This document shows positions 38,885 to 48,923 of a DNA stretch of 64,000 bases, in pieces. Each line of letters starts with the position of its first letter. The stretch's first letter is position 1. Origin of the DNA: Candidatus Micrarchaeia archaeon (GTDB lineage: Archaea; Micrarchaeota; Micrarchaeia; Norongarragalinales; UBA8480). Under the pieces are notes generated by a model. The model did not search any database. It was given only the letters and a program-made list of their open reading frames with translations, and was not told the origin of the DNA. A program made the translations under genes and the position numbers. Location: the NCBI GenBank assembly GCA_039794045.1, contig JBAMLY010000009.1, positions 27,356 through 91,355 on the forward strand, given 5' to 3'.

Positions 38885-40363
38885 GTGGTGTTGCTATTGG
38901 ATTGCGCGAGCGCTTGCCTTTCACCCCAGGAATTCGAGTCTACAGCGGAAGTAAGCATTCCTCGTGACCCATTGCAGCAAGTGATTGGGCAAGAGGAAGC
39001 CGTGCGGCTGGCGCGCATTGCCTGCAAGCAAAGACGCAACTTGTTGTTGGTTGGCCCGCCAGGCACTGGCAAGAGTTTGATAGCGCAAGCAATAGCTTTC
39101 CATTTGCCTAAGCCGAGCCAAGAAGTAAGCGTTCTCCACAACCCTGAAGCGCCGGAGAGGCCAATCGTGGAAGTGCGCACTGCTGCAGACATAGCCAAGG
39201 AAAAAAAGCTTTTGCGGGAAATACAAGGGAGGCTTGTTTCCCCAAGCGAAGTGCCTTCATTCGTCGCCGAGAGGCTGGGCTTCAGGTGCAGGAAGTGCGG
39301 GAGGCTCAGCAAGCCAGACGAGCAAGCATGCCCGAACTGCGGCAATGAAAAATATTCCGTGGGCGGCTCTCCCTTCGGCGACTTGCTGGCGCCCTACCTC
39401 GAAGAAGGCAAGCGAGTGCAGAGAGTTCACACGACCCGCAGCGTCGGCGACAAGGAAGAAGTAATCGTTTACGAGGCAGCAGGAGAAAAAATTCACGTGC
39501 TAGACCAGCCCGCGCTGGAAAAAATTGATGCTTTAAAGAAGGCGCGTCCTCGCAAGGTGCTCGTGCCTTTGGAGCGCAAGACTTTCGTGGCTGCGACTGG
39601 CTCAAGCGAGACCGAGTTGTTGGGCGACGTGCGACACGACCCGTACGGCGGGCACGCGCAAGTGGGAACGCTTCCTTACGCGCGCGTCTTGCCTGGCGCG
39701 GTACACGAAGCGCACGAGGGCGTCTTATTCATAGACGAGTTAGGGGCGTTGAATGCAGTGCAAAGGTTTCTCTTGACTGCCATGCAGGAGAAAAAGTATC
39801 CAATAGTTGGAAAAAACCCTCAAAGTGCTGGGGCGAGCGTGCGGGTGGACGACGTCCCTTGCGACTTTATTCTCGTCGCTGCATCCAACATCAACGACTT
39901 GCACTTGATTTTGCCTCCCTTGCGCTCGCGCCTCATCGGAAACGGTTACGAGGTCTTGCTTGACACTTTCTTGCCGGACACGCCTGAAAACCGCGCTAAA
40001 TTCGTTCAATTCGTTGCCCAGGAAATCCGGAAAGACGCAAAAATACCGCACGCGCTGCCAGAGGCAGTACAAGCTATCATAAGCGAGGCGAGGAGGAGGG
40101 CTTTCGTGGTGGACGGCGCCGCGAATTCCTTGACTCTGCGCTTGCGCGAGTTGAGTGGCGTGATCAGGCTAGCAGGCGATTTAGCGGTTGCCGAGAAAGC
40201 GCAGTTCATTGAAGAACGCCACGTTGCGCGAGCAATAGAAAAAGCTAAAGCTATAGAACAACAGTTGGCGGAAAAGTACGGGAGCGTTTGGAAAGCCAGT
40301 GCGAGCGAGGCGTCATTCAACGCGAGGACAACTAATGCAAGCGCGGGCAAAGAAATCAGTTAA
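38885..40363 (+). CDS. LonB-type AAA+ ATPase lacking the protease domain, with Zn-ribbon insert
   Basis: QVIGQEEA, GPPGTGKS, LLGDVRHDP, GAVHEAHEGVLFIDE, VPCDF and LTLRLREL.G.IR.AGD. Ends at 492 aa with no Ser-Lys protease domain. Confidence 0.85.
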   Translation: MVLLLDCASACLSPQEFESTAEVSIPRDPLQQVIGQEEAVRLARIACKQRRNLLLVGPPGTGKSLIAQAIAFHLPKPSQEVSVLHNPEAPERPIVEVRTAADIAKEKKLLREIQGRLVSPSEVPSFVAERLGFRCRKCGRLSKPDEQACPNCGNEKYSVGGSPFGDLLAPYLEEGKRVQRVHTTRSVGDKEEVIVYEAAGEKIHVLDQPALEKIDALKKARPRKVLVPLERKTFVAATGSSETELLGDVRHDPYGGHAQVGTLPYARVLPGAVHEAHEGVLFIDELGALNAVQRFLLTAMQEKKYPIVGKNPQSAGASVRVDDVPCDFILVAASNINDLHLILPPLRSRLIGNGYEVLLDTFLPDTPENRAKFVQFVAQEIRKDAKIPHALPEAVQAIISEARRRAFVVDGAANSLTLRLRELSGVIRLAGDLAVAEKAQFIEERHVARAIEKAKAIEQQLAEKYGSVWKASASEASFNARTTNASAGKEIS

Positions 40364-40758
40364 TGCTTTTAAACGATTGCATGCTAAAAATTAGAGAGGG
40401 AGGCGAGAAGAAAATGCCGGAAAAAAACAGCGTTCTTTTCAATCAGCCAGGCATTCATCCTGCGGCTTACCCAAAGAAAACAGCGCAGTTTTCTCTCTCC
40501 CGCCGAACACCGCACGCCATTGAATCAATAAAAAAAATTTCTTCGGGTTACTCTGCCCGCGTTTCTTCTTACTTGGTTGAAGGCAAGAAAGCATTGCACC
40601 GCGACTTCTACAACCAAAACCTTGCAGTGCTCCTCAAAAAAAGAATTCCGTTGGAGGCCGCGCGAAAGCTCGCCGGCGTTCCCGGGGCAGTGAAGTGGAG
40701 GAAAGGCAAGCCAGTCTTTAACGCTGCCCAGTTAAAGCGCTTTGCTGGACGCGCTTAA
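40363..40758 (+). CDS. Small basic hypothetical protein
   Basis: Fills the gap after the Lon-like gene. Start is uncertain and no family was recognised. Confidence 0.45.
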   Translation: MLLNDCMLKIREGGEKKMPEKNSVLFNQPGIHPAAYPKKTAQFSLSRRTPHAIESIKKISSGYSARVSSYLVEGKKALHRDFYNQNLAVLLKKRIPLEAARKLAGVPGAVKWRKGKPVFNAAQLKRFAGRA

Positions 40759-40776
40759 AAAAATAGTGGGCCGCAC

Positions 40777-41202
40777 TCATTTTCGCTTGTGCGCTTTGTG
40801 GGCGGCAACCGCTTTCTGAATCAGCGCTCGGTGGTGCTCGCTTATTTTTTGCTCGTATTCTTCCACTGGCAAGACTACCTTGCCTGCCTGGTAAACCATT
40901 ATTGCGACCACCATGACGCCAAGCCAGAACAAGAACGCTGCAACTGGACCCAACAACACGCCGAGCACGTCCTGTGAAGTAAAGTGGCCGAACCCGCCTG
41001 GAGCCGCGCCAATCGCCCAACCAAACAATGCGGGAATAAGAGAGGGATTGAGTTGCGCGTAAGTCGCTTTCTGTACTGTAACGAAAATCTGGTAAGCAGA
41101 CTGGGCCACCATTAAAACGGCGGCGACAACGAAGAAGGCGCCGGCAAGCTTTATCATGTGAAGCTTCTTTCCGCCAACCCTCAACCAAATTATTCTGTGC
41201 AT
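40777..41202 (-). CDS. Hypothetical membrane protein (2 TM)
   Basis: GGAGGAG ribosome-binding-like site upstream of the ATG at 41202; two hydrophobic helices. Confidence 0.7.
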   Translation of the reverse strand: MHRIIWLRVGGKKLHMIKLAGAFFVVAAVLMVAQSAYQIFVTVQKATYAQLNPSLIPALFGWAIGAAPGGFGHFTSQDVLGVLLGPVAAFLFWLGVMVVAIMVYQAGKVVLPVEEYEQKISEHHRALIQKAVAAHKAHKRK

Positions 41203-41332
41203 GAAAACCACTCCTCCTTTCCCAGTAAAAACCCACGTGGGAACGCAATTTAAAGGTTACCTTTCAAGTCGCCGCCAGCGCTTCTCTGGCTGGAATGAAG
41301 GTTTTTTTAAGCCCTTTTTCCTTTATTGGTCG

Positions 41333-41641
41333 ATGGCTTACAACGTGGTTCTCGGCTTGGCGGCTTTCTTGTTGGCGCTAGCCCTGCTTTTCGCGGTTTA
41401 CTTCTTTTTTCGCGCTTTCAAGGAAAGCAGTCTTGCTCGCGCGCTCTTGATAGTTGACGCGGGCTTGCTCGCAGTTTGTTTTCACGCGGCGATCGAGCTC
41501 TTGAATGGAGTTGGCGTGACTGACTTCGCGGAAGCGCCCTTCATTGAAATACTGGCTTACGTAATCATATTAATTGGTTTGTTCGTCGCGCGCAAGGACT
41601 TTCAGTCGTTCGACTGGCTCAAGGAAATAACTCGTGGTTGA
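41333..41641 (+). CDS. Small membrane protein (3 TM)
   Basis: Hydrophobic ORF starting MAYNVVLG, co-oriented with the next two genes. Confidence 0.65.
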   Translation: MAYNVVLGLAAFLLALALLFAVYFFFRAFKESSLARALLIVDAGLLAVCFHAAIELLNGVGVTDFAEAPFIEILAYVIILIGLFVARKDFQSFDWLKEITRG

Positions 41642-41652
41642 GGTAGAAAGAA

Positions 41653-42024
41653 ATGGCTTCAAGGAAAAACGTGAAAAAAAAGGGAGACGCTGATGTTTCA
41701 AGGATTACTGCCGCGTTCTCTTACTTGCTTTGCTTTGTGTCCGCAGTAATAGTTTTGTTGTTGAGGTACGACGACGAGCACGCAAAGTTTCATTCCCTGC
41801 AATCCATTCTCTTCTGGGCTCTCTGGATAGTCGGGGGCTTTGCCGTGGCAGCGGTTGCAGGCGTTCTTTTGCTCGTGCCCTTCATTGGCTGGATTTTCGG
41901 CGTAATAGTAGTAGTAGCATTCTACGCGGCCTTCCTTGTTTCCTGGATTTACTTGATGTACAAGGCGTTGAAGGGAGAAAAGTACGAGTATCCCTTGATT
42001 GGAAAGTACGCTGCGAGGTGGTAA
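41653..42024 (+). CDS. DUF4870-like membrane protein
   Basis: AAFSYLL, KFHSLQSI, VPFIGW and MYKALKGEKYEYPLIGKYA. Confidence 0.85.
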   Translation: MASRKNVKKKGDADVSRITAAFSYLLCFVSAVIVLLLRYDDEHAKFHSLQSILFWALWIVGGFAVAAVAGVLLLVPFIGWIFGVIVVVAFYAAFLVSWIYLMYKALKGEKYEYPLIGKYAARW

Positions 42025-42025
42025 A

Positions 42026-42328
42026 ATGATTTTGAAGTCAGTAAAGCCCTCCACTGCCGCCATAATTGGGGGAGGAGTAGGCGGAGTCATTGGATTCATT
42101 CTCGGCTTAGTCAGTGCCTTGTGGTGGTTGCTTGCTGGCGTGGCTTCCTCGCTCGTGGCAGGCCCGCTTGGAAGCGGGTTAGGCGTAGCCGCAGCAATCA
42201 TTTCAGTTGCAATCATTATGGTTTTAAGCGCGGTCGTGGGCGCAGTGTACTGCGGTTTTGTCGCGGTAGTCTACAACTTTGCTGCCAGCAAGTTCGGCGG
42301 CTTGCAATTAGATTTAAAGAACGAGTGA
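42026..42328 (+). CDS. Small membrane protein (DUF3566-like)
   Basis: Gly-rich TM hairpin ending YNFAASKFGGLQLDL. Confidence 0.7.
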   Translation: MILKSVKPSTAAIIGGGVGGVIGFILGLVSALWWLLAGVASSLVAGPLGSGLGVAAAIISVAIIMVLSAVVGAVYCGFVAVVYNFAASKFGGLQLDLKNE

Positions 42329-42334
42329 GCCACT

Positions 42335-43633
42335 TCAAGGATAGCTCCTGTTTATCACGCGCGGGAAGGGAATGGCGTCGCGAATGTGGTTGAGCTTGCA
42401 AATCCAGCGCAGCACGCGCTCCACTCCCATTCCGAACCCACTGTGGGGAACGCTTCCATAGCGCCTCAAGTCCAAGTACCACTTGAAGTCCTCTGGTTTT
42501 TGGCCGTTGGCGCGCAGCCTTGCAGTCAAGGCTTCAACGCTGTCCTCGCGCTGGCTTCCCCCAATTATTTCGCCGAAGCCCTCGGGCGCCAGGCAGTCGT
42601 TGCTTAGCACGAGGCGCTCGTCCTCTGGGTCTTCCTTCATGTAGAACGCCTTGAACGTCTTTGGGTGGCGGACGACGAAAACAGGTTTCTTCAAGTCTTG
42701 AGTTAAAAGCCTTTCCTCTTCAACGCCAAAGTCGTCTCCCCACTCTACTTGCGCGCCCTTGCCGCGCAGCAACTCGACCGCTTCAGAGTACGAAATTCTT
42801 TGGAATGGTGGCTTTACTTCAAGCAATTCTTTGGGGTCACGCCCAAGAAAACGCAGTTCCTTGCCGCGCTCGCGCGCGACTTTATGGCACGCAAAACTCA
42901 CGAGCTGTTCCTCGAATTCCAGCAACTGCTCGAAGTTCATGTGCGCTTCCTCTCCCTCAACGTGCCAGTACTCTGCAAGGTGGCGCACCGTCCTGCTTTT
43001 CTCGGCACGGAAGGAAGGAGTAATAGAATAAACTTTTTCTAGGCTGTAAATCAGTGCCTCCAAGTAGAGTTGCGCGCTCTGCGACAGGAACGCTTTCTTG
43101 CCGAAGTAGTCGAATTCGAAGAGAGTGCTTCCGCCCTCGCAAGCGCCGCTCACTATTATGGGGGGAGTGGTTTCCCAGTACCCCTTGTTCTTAAAGAACT
43201 CGCGGCACGCTTCTAGGAGCGAGTGCTTTACCTTCATTACGGCGGTGAGCTCGCGCGAGCGAATGGAGAGATGACGGATGTCCAAGAACCATTCCTCGCT
43301 GTTGTCCTTCGCTATGGGAAACGGTTCGGCGGCCTGAATTGTTGCAAAGTCAGTTGCCTGCAACTCGAAGCCGTTCGGAGCGCGAGCGTCCTTCACGACA
43401 ACGCCTGAAACTATGACGCTTGACTCTACTCGCGCAGACTCGGCCATCTTCCAAGCGCGCGCGCTCACCTTATCTTTTTTTACGGCGGCCTGGATGACGT
43501 CTGTAGAGTCCCTCAACACCAAAAATTTCACGCCGCCGCTTGAACGCTCCCTGTAAACCCAGGCGCGCACCGAGAACTCTTTTCCTACAGCGTCGTCGTC
43601 AAGCAATTCCTCGATCTTGGTGTAAGAAACCAT
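42335..43633 (-). CDS. asnS: Asparagine--tRNA ligase
   Basis: OB anticodon domain, CEGGSTLF, LSQSAQLYLE, FRAEKSRTVRHLAEYW, EIIGGSQRE and WYLDLRRYGSVPHSGFGMGVER. Confidence 0.95.
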   Translation of the reverse strand: MVSYTKIEELLDDDAVGKEFSVRAWVYRERSSGGVKFLVLRDSTDVIQAAVKKDKVSARAWKMAESARVESSVIVSGVVVKDARAPNGFELQATDFATIQAAEPFPIAKDNSEEWFLDIRHLSIRSRELTAVMKVKHSLLEACREFFKNKGYWETTPPIIVSGACEGGSTLFEFDYFGKKAFLSQSAQLYLEALIYSLEKVYSITPSFRAEKSRTVRHLAEYWHVEGEEAHMNFEQLLEFEEQLVSFACHKVARERGKELRFLGRDPKELLEVKPPFQRISYSEAVELLRGKGAQVEWGDDFGVEEERLLTQDLKKPVFVVRHPKTFKAFYMKEDPEDERLVLSNDCLAPEGFGEIIGGSQREDSVEALTARLRANGQKPEDFKWYLDLRRYGSVPHSGFGMGVERVLRWICKLNHIRDAIPFPRVINRSYP

Positions 43634-44038
43634 TCAAAGCAACTCCGCCGACTTCTTCGGCACCACTACTTCTAAGACTCCGTTCTTGAAGGAAGCCCTG
43701 GCCTTGCTCGCGTCAGTGTCGGAGGGAAAGCGCACGTACTCATTGACTTCCTCCACTTCCTCGCCGCGAGTGAACCACTTTCCGCTGCCTTCGGGCCTGA
43801 GGTTGCGGCCTGCCTTGACGCTCATTCCGTCTCCGAAAATCTTGAGGCGAATGTTTTCGCGAGAGTAGTTAGGCAAGTGCACGATGACGACGACTTCACG
43901 CGCGTTCTCGAAAGCATCTATTTCAGGCGAGCCAGCGGAAGCCACGCGTGGAAGCCGCTTGTACTTCAAGTCTTCTTCTCTTTCAAGAAAGGGACTAGAG
44001 ACTCCCCACTTGCGTTTTAGTTCGTCAAAAGAAACCAT
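43634..44038 (-). CDS. Hsp20/alpha-crystallin small heat-shock protein
   Basis: PEIDAFE...V.V...LP and ARASFKNGVLEVVVPK. Confidence 0.88.
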   Translation of the reverse strand: MVSFDELKRKWGVSSPFLEREEDLKYKRLPRVASAGSPEIDAFENAREVVVIVHLPNYSRENIRLKIFGDGMSVKAGRNLRPEGSGKWFTRGEEVEEVNEYVRFPSDTDASKARASFKNGVLEVVVPKKSAELL

Positions 44039-44093
44039 ACTGGAAAATTACTGCGACTCAATTAAAAAAAGCTTGCCGCCCACAAGAAAAGCA

Positions 44094-45980
44094 ATGGCAG
44101 AAGTTAGTCTCTTGTTCCGCCACGAAAATTTCAGGGCAGGGCAAAAACAAATAGTTTCCGACGTCTGGCACGCCTTGAAGGCCGGAAAGCACTTGCTATT
44201 GAACGCGCCAACTGGAAGCGGCAAGACTGACGCCGTGCTTTCTCCCGCGCTTACTTACGCTCTGCAAAACGACTTAGATGTTTTCTTCGTGACGCCTAAG
44301 ACGTCGCAGCACGAAATCGCTTTTCAGGCTGCAGCGGGAATAGCGGACAAGTATGGCTTGGACTTCGGAATCGTGGACTTCAACGGCAAGAAAAACATGT
44401 GCTTGGACGAGAAAACCAAGGAAAGCCCTGACTTTTACCACGCTTGCCGCGCGCGCTCGAAAGCCCGCAAATGCGTTTACTATGCTAAGTCGCGCGACGA
44501 AAGCGCTTGCCGAGAGGCTGTCTTGCGCTTGCAGGGAAAAGCGTCGCGCGAGCAACTGCTCGCGGAATGCGCGAAGCAAGGCTTGTGCGCTTACGAAGCG
44601 GCAGTGCGAATCGCGCGAAGCGCTCGCTTGGTCATCGCGGACTACTACCAGTTGTTCGCTCCAGGCATCAAGGAAAAGTTTTTGCGGGGCACTGGAAAGA
44701 ACTTGAGCCAGTCAATAATAATCGTGGACGAAGCACACAACCTGCCCCAGCGCTTGCGCGACTACTTGAGTTCTTCCGTGAACGAGGCAGTCTTTCAAGG
44801 CGCTTGCAGGGAAGCCGCTGCCACGCGCCACCCAGTCAGGAAATCCGCTGAGAAAGCCGCGCTCGCGTTCGCCGAATTCAAGGCGCGAAGGTTGTGCGCT
44901 TGCAGCTTGGATGAGCTGAAGCGGGAAGCCAGTGGCGGCGCTCCCTCGCAGTTGGCTTTGGCTGAAGAACTCGAGTTGCCAGTAGCCAAGAACGAGTTCT
45001 TGGAGTTGCTGGGCGGGGAAGAGGAAGCCGCGGCCTTGTCTGCTGCGCTCGCCGAGTGCGGCGAAAAGTTTCTAGAAAGAGAAGAGAGGCAGAAGAGCGC
45101 GTGCATTAAGTTGTCGGAATTCATTGCGTTGTGGCTCTCTGCTGGAAGCGATTACTTGCGGGCACTGAGCGCGCGGGGACTGGAGTGCAAGTGCCTTGAC
45201 TCTGCTCCGGCTACTAGCGCAGCAAACTCTGCTTACTCTTGTATAGCCATGAGCGGCACGCTCTTGCCGCTTGAAATGTACCGCGACGTCATCGGCTTGC
45301 CGGAAAGCCGAACGCTTTTGAAGGAGTACCCTTCTTCTTTCCCGCCAGAGAATAGGTTGAACTTGGTTGTGGACGAGGTTACAACGCGGTTTTCCGAGCG
45401 CTCTCCAACCAACTACGAGAGAATCGCAGCAATATTGCAGGAAGTCGGTAACGCCATGAGTGGAAAGCGCACCGCGTTCTTCTTTGCTTCATACAAGGTA
45501 ATGCGCGAAATCATTCCGTTGCTGCGCTTTCAGAAAATGTTCGTGCAGAAAGAACAGGCGAGCGCCGTGGAAACCAGTGAATTAATTGAAGCATTCAAGA
45601 AAGACCCTGGAGTGCTTTGTGGGGTGATGGGCGGCTCGCTTTCCGAAGGAATAGACTACGATGGAGGAGAACTGAAGTGCATTTGCTTGGTGGGCGTGCC
45701 GTTGCAGGAAGTAAGCCTTGAAACGCAGTCGCTTGTTTCGTATTACGACAAAAAGTTTGGGAGGGGGTGGGAGTACGGCTATGTTTTTCCTGCCATGAAC
45801 AAAGCGCTTCAAGCAGCTGGACGAGGCGTGAGGAGCACGAAAGACAAGTGCGTCGTCTTGTTCATGGACTCTCGTTACTTGGAGAAGGCATACAAGCAGT
45901 GTTTTCCCCGCGACCTCTACTTCTATCGTGCGAGAAACCCAGCCGCTCAAGTGGAAGCTTTTTTCTCCAACCAATTTTAA
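44094..45980 (+). CDS. XPD/Rad3/DinG family Fe-S DNA helicase
   Basis: R.GQ, APTGSGKT, Cys ligands, VDEAHNL, MSGTL, SEGID and QAAGRGVRS..D. Confidence 0.92.
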   Translation: MAEVSLLFRHENFRAGQKQIVSDVWHALKAGKHLLLNAPTGSGKTDAVLSPALTYALQNDLDVFFVTPKTSQHEIAFQAAAGIADKYGLDFGIVDFNGKKNMCLDEKTKESPDFYHACRARSKARKCVYYAKSRDESACREAVLRLQGKASREQLLAECAKQGLCAYEAAVRIARSARLVIADYYQLFAPGIKEKFLRGTGKNLSQSIIIVDEAHNLPQRLRDYLSSSVNEAVFQGACREAAATRHPVRKSAEKAALAFAEFKARRLCACSLDELKREASGGAPSQLALAEELELPVAKNEFLELLGGEEEAAALSAALAECGEKFLEREERQKSACIKLSEFIALWLSAGSDYLRALSARGLECKCLDSAPATSAANSAYSCIAMSGTLLPLEMYRDVIGLPESRTLLKEYPSSFPPENRLNLVVDEVTTRFSERSPTNYERIAAILQEVGNAMSGKRTAFFFASYKVMREIIPLLRFQKMFVQKEQASAVETSELIEAFKKDPGVLCGVMGGSLSEGIDYDGGELKCICLVGVPLQEVSLETQSLVSYYDKKFGRGWEYGYVFPAMNKALQAAGRGVRSTKDKCVVLFMDSRYLEKAYKQCFPRDLYFYRARNPAAQVEAFFSNQF

Positions 45981-46016
45981 TAAGCTGGAATGCATTCACT
46001 TGGTTGGGGTGGTTTC

Positions 46017-46244
46017 GTGGCTGAACTAAACGAATTCATTGAAGAAATAGAGAAAGAGCAAAAAGCGTTAGAGGAAGCGCCAAAACAAAAACCGGAAATG
46101 CATATTTACCAGCCTGACGTGGACCAGCAAGGAAAAAAGAAGTTCGTGGAAGTTGGTGCAATTTGGAGGAACACGAGCAAGGCAGGGCGAACTTTTTACT
46201 CCATCAAGATAGGCAACCTTCGCTTGATAGCTTTTCCAGCTTGA
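46017..46244 (+). CDS. Small hypothetical protein (weak DUF736-like motif)
   Basis: EVGAIWRNTSKAGRTFYSIKIG; GTG start after a G-rich RBS-like sequence. Confidence 0.6.
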   Translation: MAELNEFIEEIEKEQKALEEAPKQKPEMHIYQPDVDQQGKKKFVEVGAIWRNTSKAGRTFYSIKIGNLRLIAFPA

Positions 46245-46257
46245 ATGCGCGAAAAAC

Positions 46258-47778
46258 TCAAATGAATGCTTTCTCGTCGCCATCGAGTTTGGCGGAAGCG
46301 CTTTCCTCGAATTCCAGCGCCTGCTCTTCAACCGACTTGCTTTTCCCGGCCTTCGCGCTCTTCCTCTGGCGCACGCGCAAGAACAATGGGAAATTAACTG
46401 CCTCGCCCAAAAGAATTCCTTCGCCGGTGCGAAGGGAAGTAATTTGGTTTTGCGCGGAACGGTCTATTCCCTCGCAAGACTTTGCAATGTGTTCTACGTC
46501 GTAAGGGTTGGTGACGCGCATGACGAGGAACGAATTGCATTGAGACAAGGCGGTCGTACTCAACTGCACGGGGCGCTGAGAGACGAGGCACAAGCAAGCC
46601 CCAAACTTTCTTCCCTCCCTCGCAACGGTTTCAATTATGTTTTTAGATAAAGCATTCTCTCGCGAGGCTTTCTCTGGCGCGAAATTGTGGGCTTCCTCTA
46701 CTAACATCAAGTACGGAGGAATTTCTTGCTGGCGCCTCAAGGCAAACAACATCTTAGCGACAAAAGAAACGAGCAACTGCTTCTTCTTCAAAGAGTTGAC
46801 GCCGCTCAAGTCAAAGACTGCGAGCTTGCCTGGGCGAATGACTTCCCGCAAGTCAGGATTGTCCGCGCGCCCGAAAACACTTATTTCGCTTAACTCCTCG
46901 AGCCACCCAAGCAAGGGAAGGCGCACGTTTTCTTTCAGCGACTCGTCGCCCTCCACCGCGTCCACTATCTCGGAAACTTCCAAGCCAGCGTTTCCCCTCT
47001 CTTTAGAGAGGCGCTGCAAAGTCCTTGAGAACTCTCTCGCGCCAGTCGCCGTAATCTCTGGAAGTATCTCGCGCAGGAAAGACGCGGTCAAGTGCTTCGT
47101 GGAAATCCTCAAGTCACCGCAGTCAACTACTTTAGTGTGCGCGCCGAAAGCCGTGCTCGCGTCAGCAAAGCCGAGGTAGTCTCCGTGCGCGTCGAAAACC
47201 ACTGCCGCCAGCCGCCCCTCGCCTGCCTTGCGCGACAAAACCTCTTCCAAAACCACTGCTGCCGCATGAGACTTGCCGCTGCCGCTCATACCGAGGATGG
47301 CAAGGTGCTTTTGAAGCAGCCTCGAAAGATTAACTCTCACAGGAATGCCGTGGTTCAACAACTCGCCTAACTCCACGCCGCCGTCAAAGCCAGCCACCGT
47401 CGAAACAACTTGCTGGTCGGCGGCTAGCACTCTCGCGCCAGGAGCCGGCGGGAAGCCACACCTCTTCAACGCACCAGAGTCAAGCACACCAAGCACGCCG
47501 CAATTCGCGAGAACGTATTCCCACTCGCCAGCAGGAAACTGTTCCGTGAAAGCCCCGCTCTTCTCGTACTCGCTCACGCTGTCAGCGCGCTCGAAGTACT
47601 TGTTAACGCGGAAAATCTCGCGCACCCACCCCACCACCAAGCCTTCCTCTGAATAGACTTGAACGAAGGCGTTCTTGCGCACGGACTTGCCAGCGCTCAC
47701 CACGAAAGAAAAACTCGAAGTGTTCGGGCCCTCCAAAGTCGAAACAACTGTACCAAGTTCAGTCACGCAAACCACCAA
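46258..47778 (-). CDS. herA: HerA DNA helicase/translocase
   Basis: N-terminal HAS barrel, HLAILGMSGSGKS, FDAHGDY, EEAHNFAP, AREGRKFG and SQRP. Confidence 0.93.
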   Translation of the reverse strand: MVVCVTELGTVVSTLEGPNTSSFSFVVSAGKSVRKNAFVQVYSEEGLVVGWVREIFRVNKYFERADSVSEYEKSGAFTEQFPAGEWEYVLANCGVLGVLDSGALKRCGFPPAPGARVLAADQQVVSTVAGFDGGVELGELLNHGIPVRVNLSRLLQKHLAILGMSGSGKSHAAAVVLEEVLSRKAGEGRLAAVVFDAHGDYLGFADASTAFGAHTKVVDCGDLRISTKHLTASFLREILPEITATGAREFSRTLQRLSKERGNAGLEVSEIVDAVEGDESLKENVRLPLLGWLEELSEISVFGRADNPDLREVIRPGKLAVFDLSGVNSLKKKQLLVSFVAKMLFALRRQQEIPPYLMLVEEAHNFAPEKASRENALSKNIIETVAREGRKFGACLCLVSQRPVQLSTTALSQCNSFLVMRVTNPYDVEHIAKSCEGIDRSAQNQITSLRTGEGILLGEAVNFPLFLRVRQRKSAKAGKSKSVEEQALEFEESASAKLDGDEKAFI

Positions 47779-47798
47779 CCACGCAAACCAAATTTTCT

Positions 47799-48869
47799 TT
47801 AACGAAAAGGACGCTCGTTGCGCCTCAAGCCAAACAAGGAAGCGCTGAAGCCAAGCTTGGAGCGAAAGCGCGCTACCTCGTTCTCCAACTCCCGGCCTTC
47901 AATCGCGGCACGCAAGTCTGCTTCAATTAATGCAGCGGGATAGCCGTAAGCCCTGTTGATCGCACTCAAAGAAAAAACAATTGAAGCAACTTTTTCCGCG
48001 CCCTCGCGCCCCCCAACTGTTTTCCCTCGCAAGAAGTCCACTCTCAGCGGCCGGTCAAAAGCAACCGGCTTAACGTAAAACGAGCAAACGCGCTCCGCCC
48101 ACTTACCCAAGTCGCGCAAGACGCCGTGCTCGGACGGAATTGAAGAGTAAGAAAAGCAGGCGCTGCGCTCTCCCTCGCCAAGCAAGAAATAAAGAAAAAG
48201 CGAGTCCGTCGTGCGCCCAGCCTCTCCAAGCAAGCCCCGCGCTTCAGGAAAACAAGAAGCAACTATTGCGGCAAAGTGCTTTGCGCGAGAGTCCTTAACC
48301 ACTCCAGCCAACAACGCGCCCCTCTCCTCAACCTCGCCGTAAAGCCGCAAATACTTTTCAATAACTCGCTCGTATTCACTGAAAACCCTGCTCTCGCGGG
48401 GAGGCTTGTCTGCAGTCTGTGGAACAATGCTACCGTCAAGCAACAACACTTGCGGAGAAAACTTTTTCAGCACTCCCAAAGCGCAGTCCAGTTCCACGCC
48501 AAGCCGCTTCAAAGACTTCATCCAAGCCACTTCAAACGGCTCCCACGAGTAATTCGCCAGAAACTGCAAAGCAACAAATTTAGAGGGAAAATAGTGGTGC
48601 CCGCGAAGGCGTCCTTCGCTGTAGTCGAAGACTGCGGCGGCAGCGCGATAGAAAAGCAAGTCCAAGCCGTGAAGCTCCACCAACGCAATCCCTCCGTCCA
48701 CGGCCGCGACTCGCCCGCTGAATTGCTGGCGCTTGACTGGCAAGAACAAGCGCTCGTCGAAAACCTCGCGCGCCTCAAGCTCCGGGGACTCGCGCAGCCT
48801 AGCGCAAAGCCTCGCCTGGCGTTCTTCTAGGTCGCGCAACTTCTTTACTGCTTCCTCCCAAGAATCCAT
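47799..48869 (-). CDS. nurA: NurA 5'-3' nuclease
   Basis: AAVDGG, LLLDGS, GVVKDS and GYPAALIEAD; directly upstream of herA. Confidence 0.9.
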   Translation of the reverse strand: MDSWEEAVKKLRDLEERQARLCARLRESPELEAREVFDERLFLPVKRQQFSGRVAAVDGGIALVELHGLDLLFYRAAAAVFDYSEGRLRGHHYFPSKFVALQFLANYSWEPFEVAWMKSLKRLGVELDCALGVLKKFSPQVLLLDGSIVPQTADKPPRESRVFSEYERVIEKYLRLYGEVEERGALLAGVVKDSRAKHFAAIVASCFPEARGLLGEAGRTTDSLFLYFLLGEGERSACFSYSSIPSEHGVLRDLGKWAERVCSFYVKPVAFDRPLRVDFLRGKTVGGREGAEKVASIVFSLSAINRAYGYPAALIEADLRAAIEGRELENEVARFRSKLGFSASLFGLRRNERPFR

Positions 48870-48923
48870 TCCGCACTCACGAGAAACAAGCTTAAAGAAT
48901 ACCACGCAAACAAACTATTTTAA

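Noticed and set aside
46258..48869. HerA plus nuclease as an anti-phage defence system
   Set aside because: The partner is a canonical NurA, so this is the housekeeping end-resection pair.
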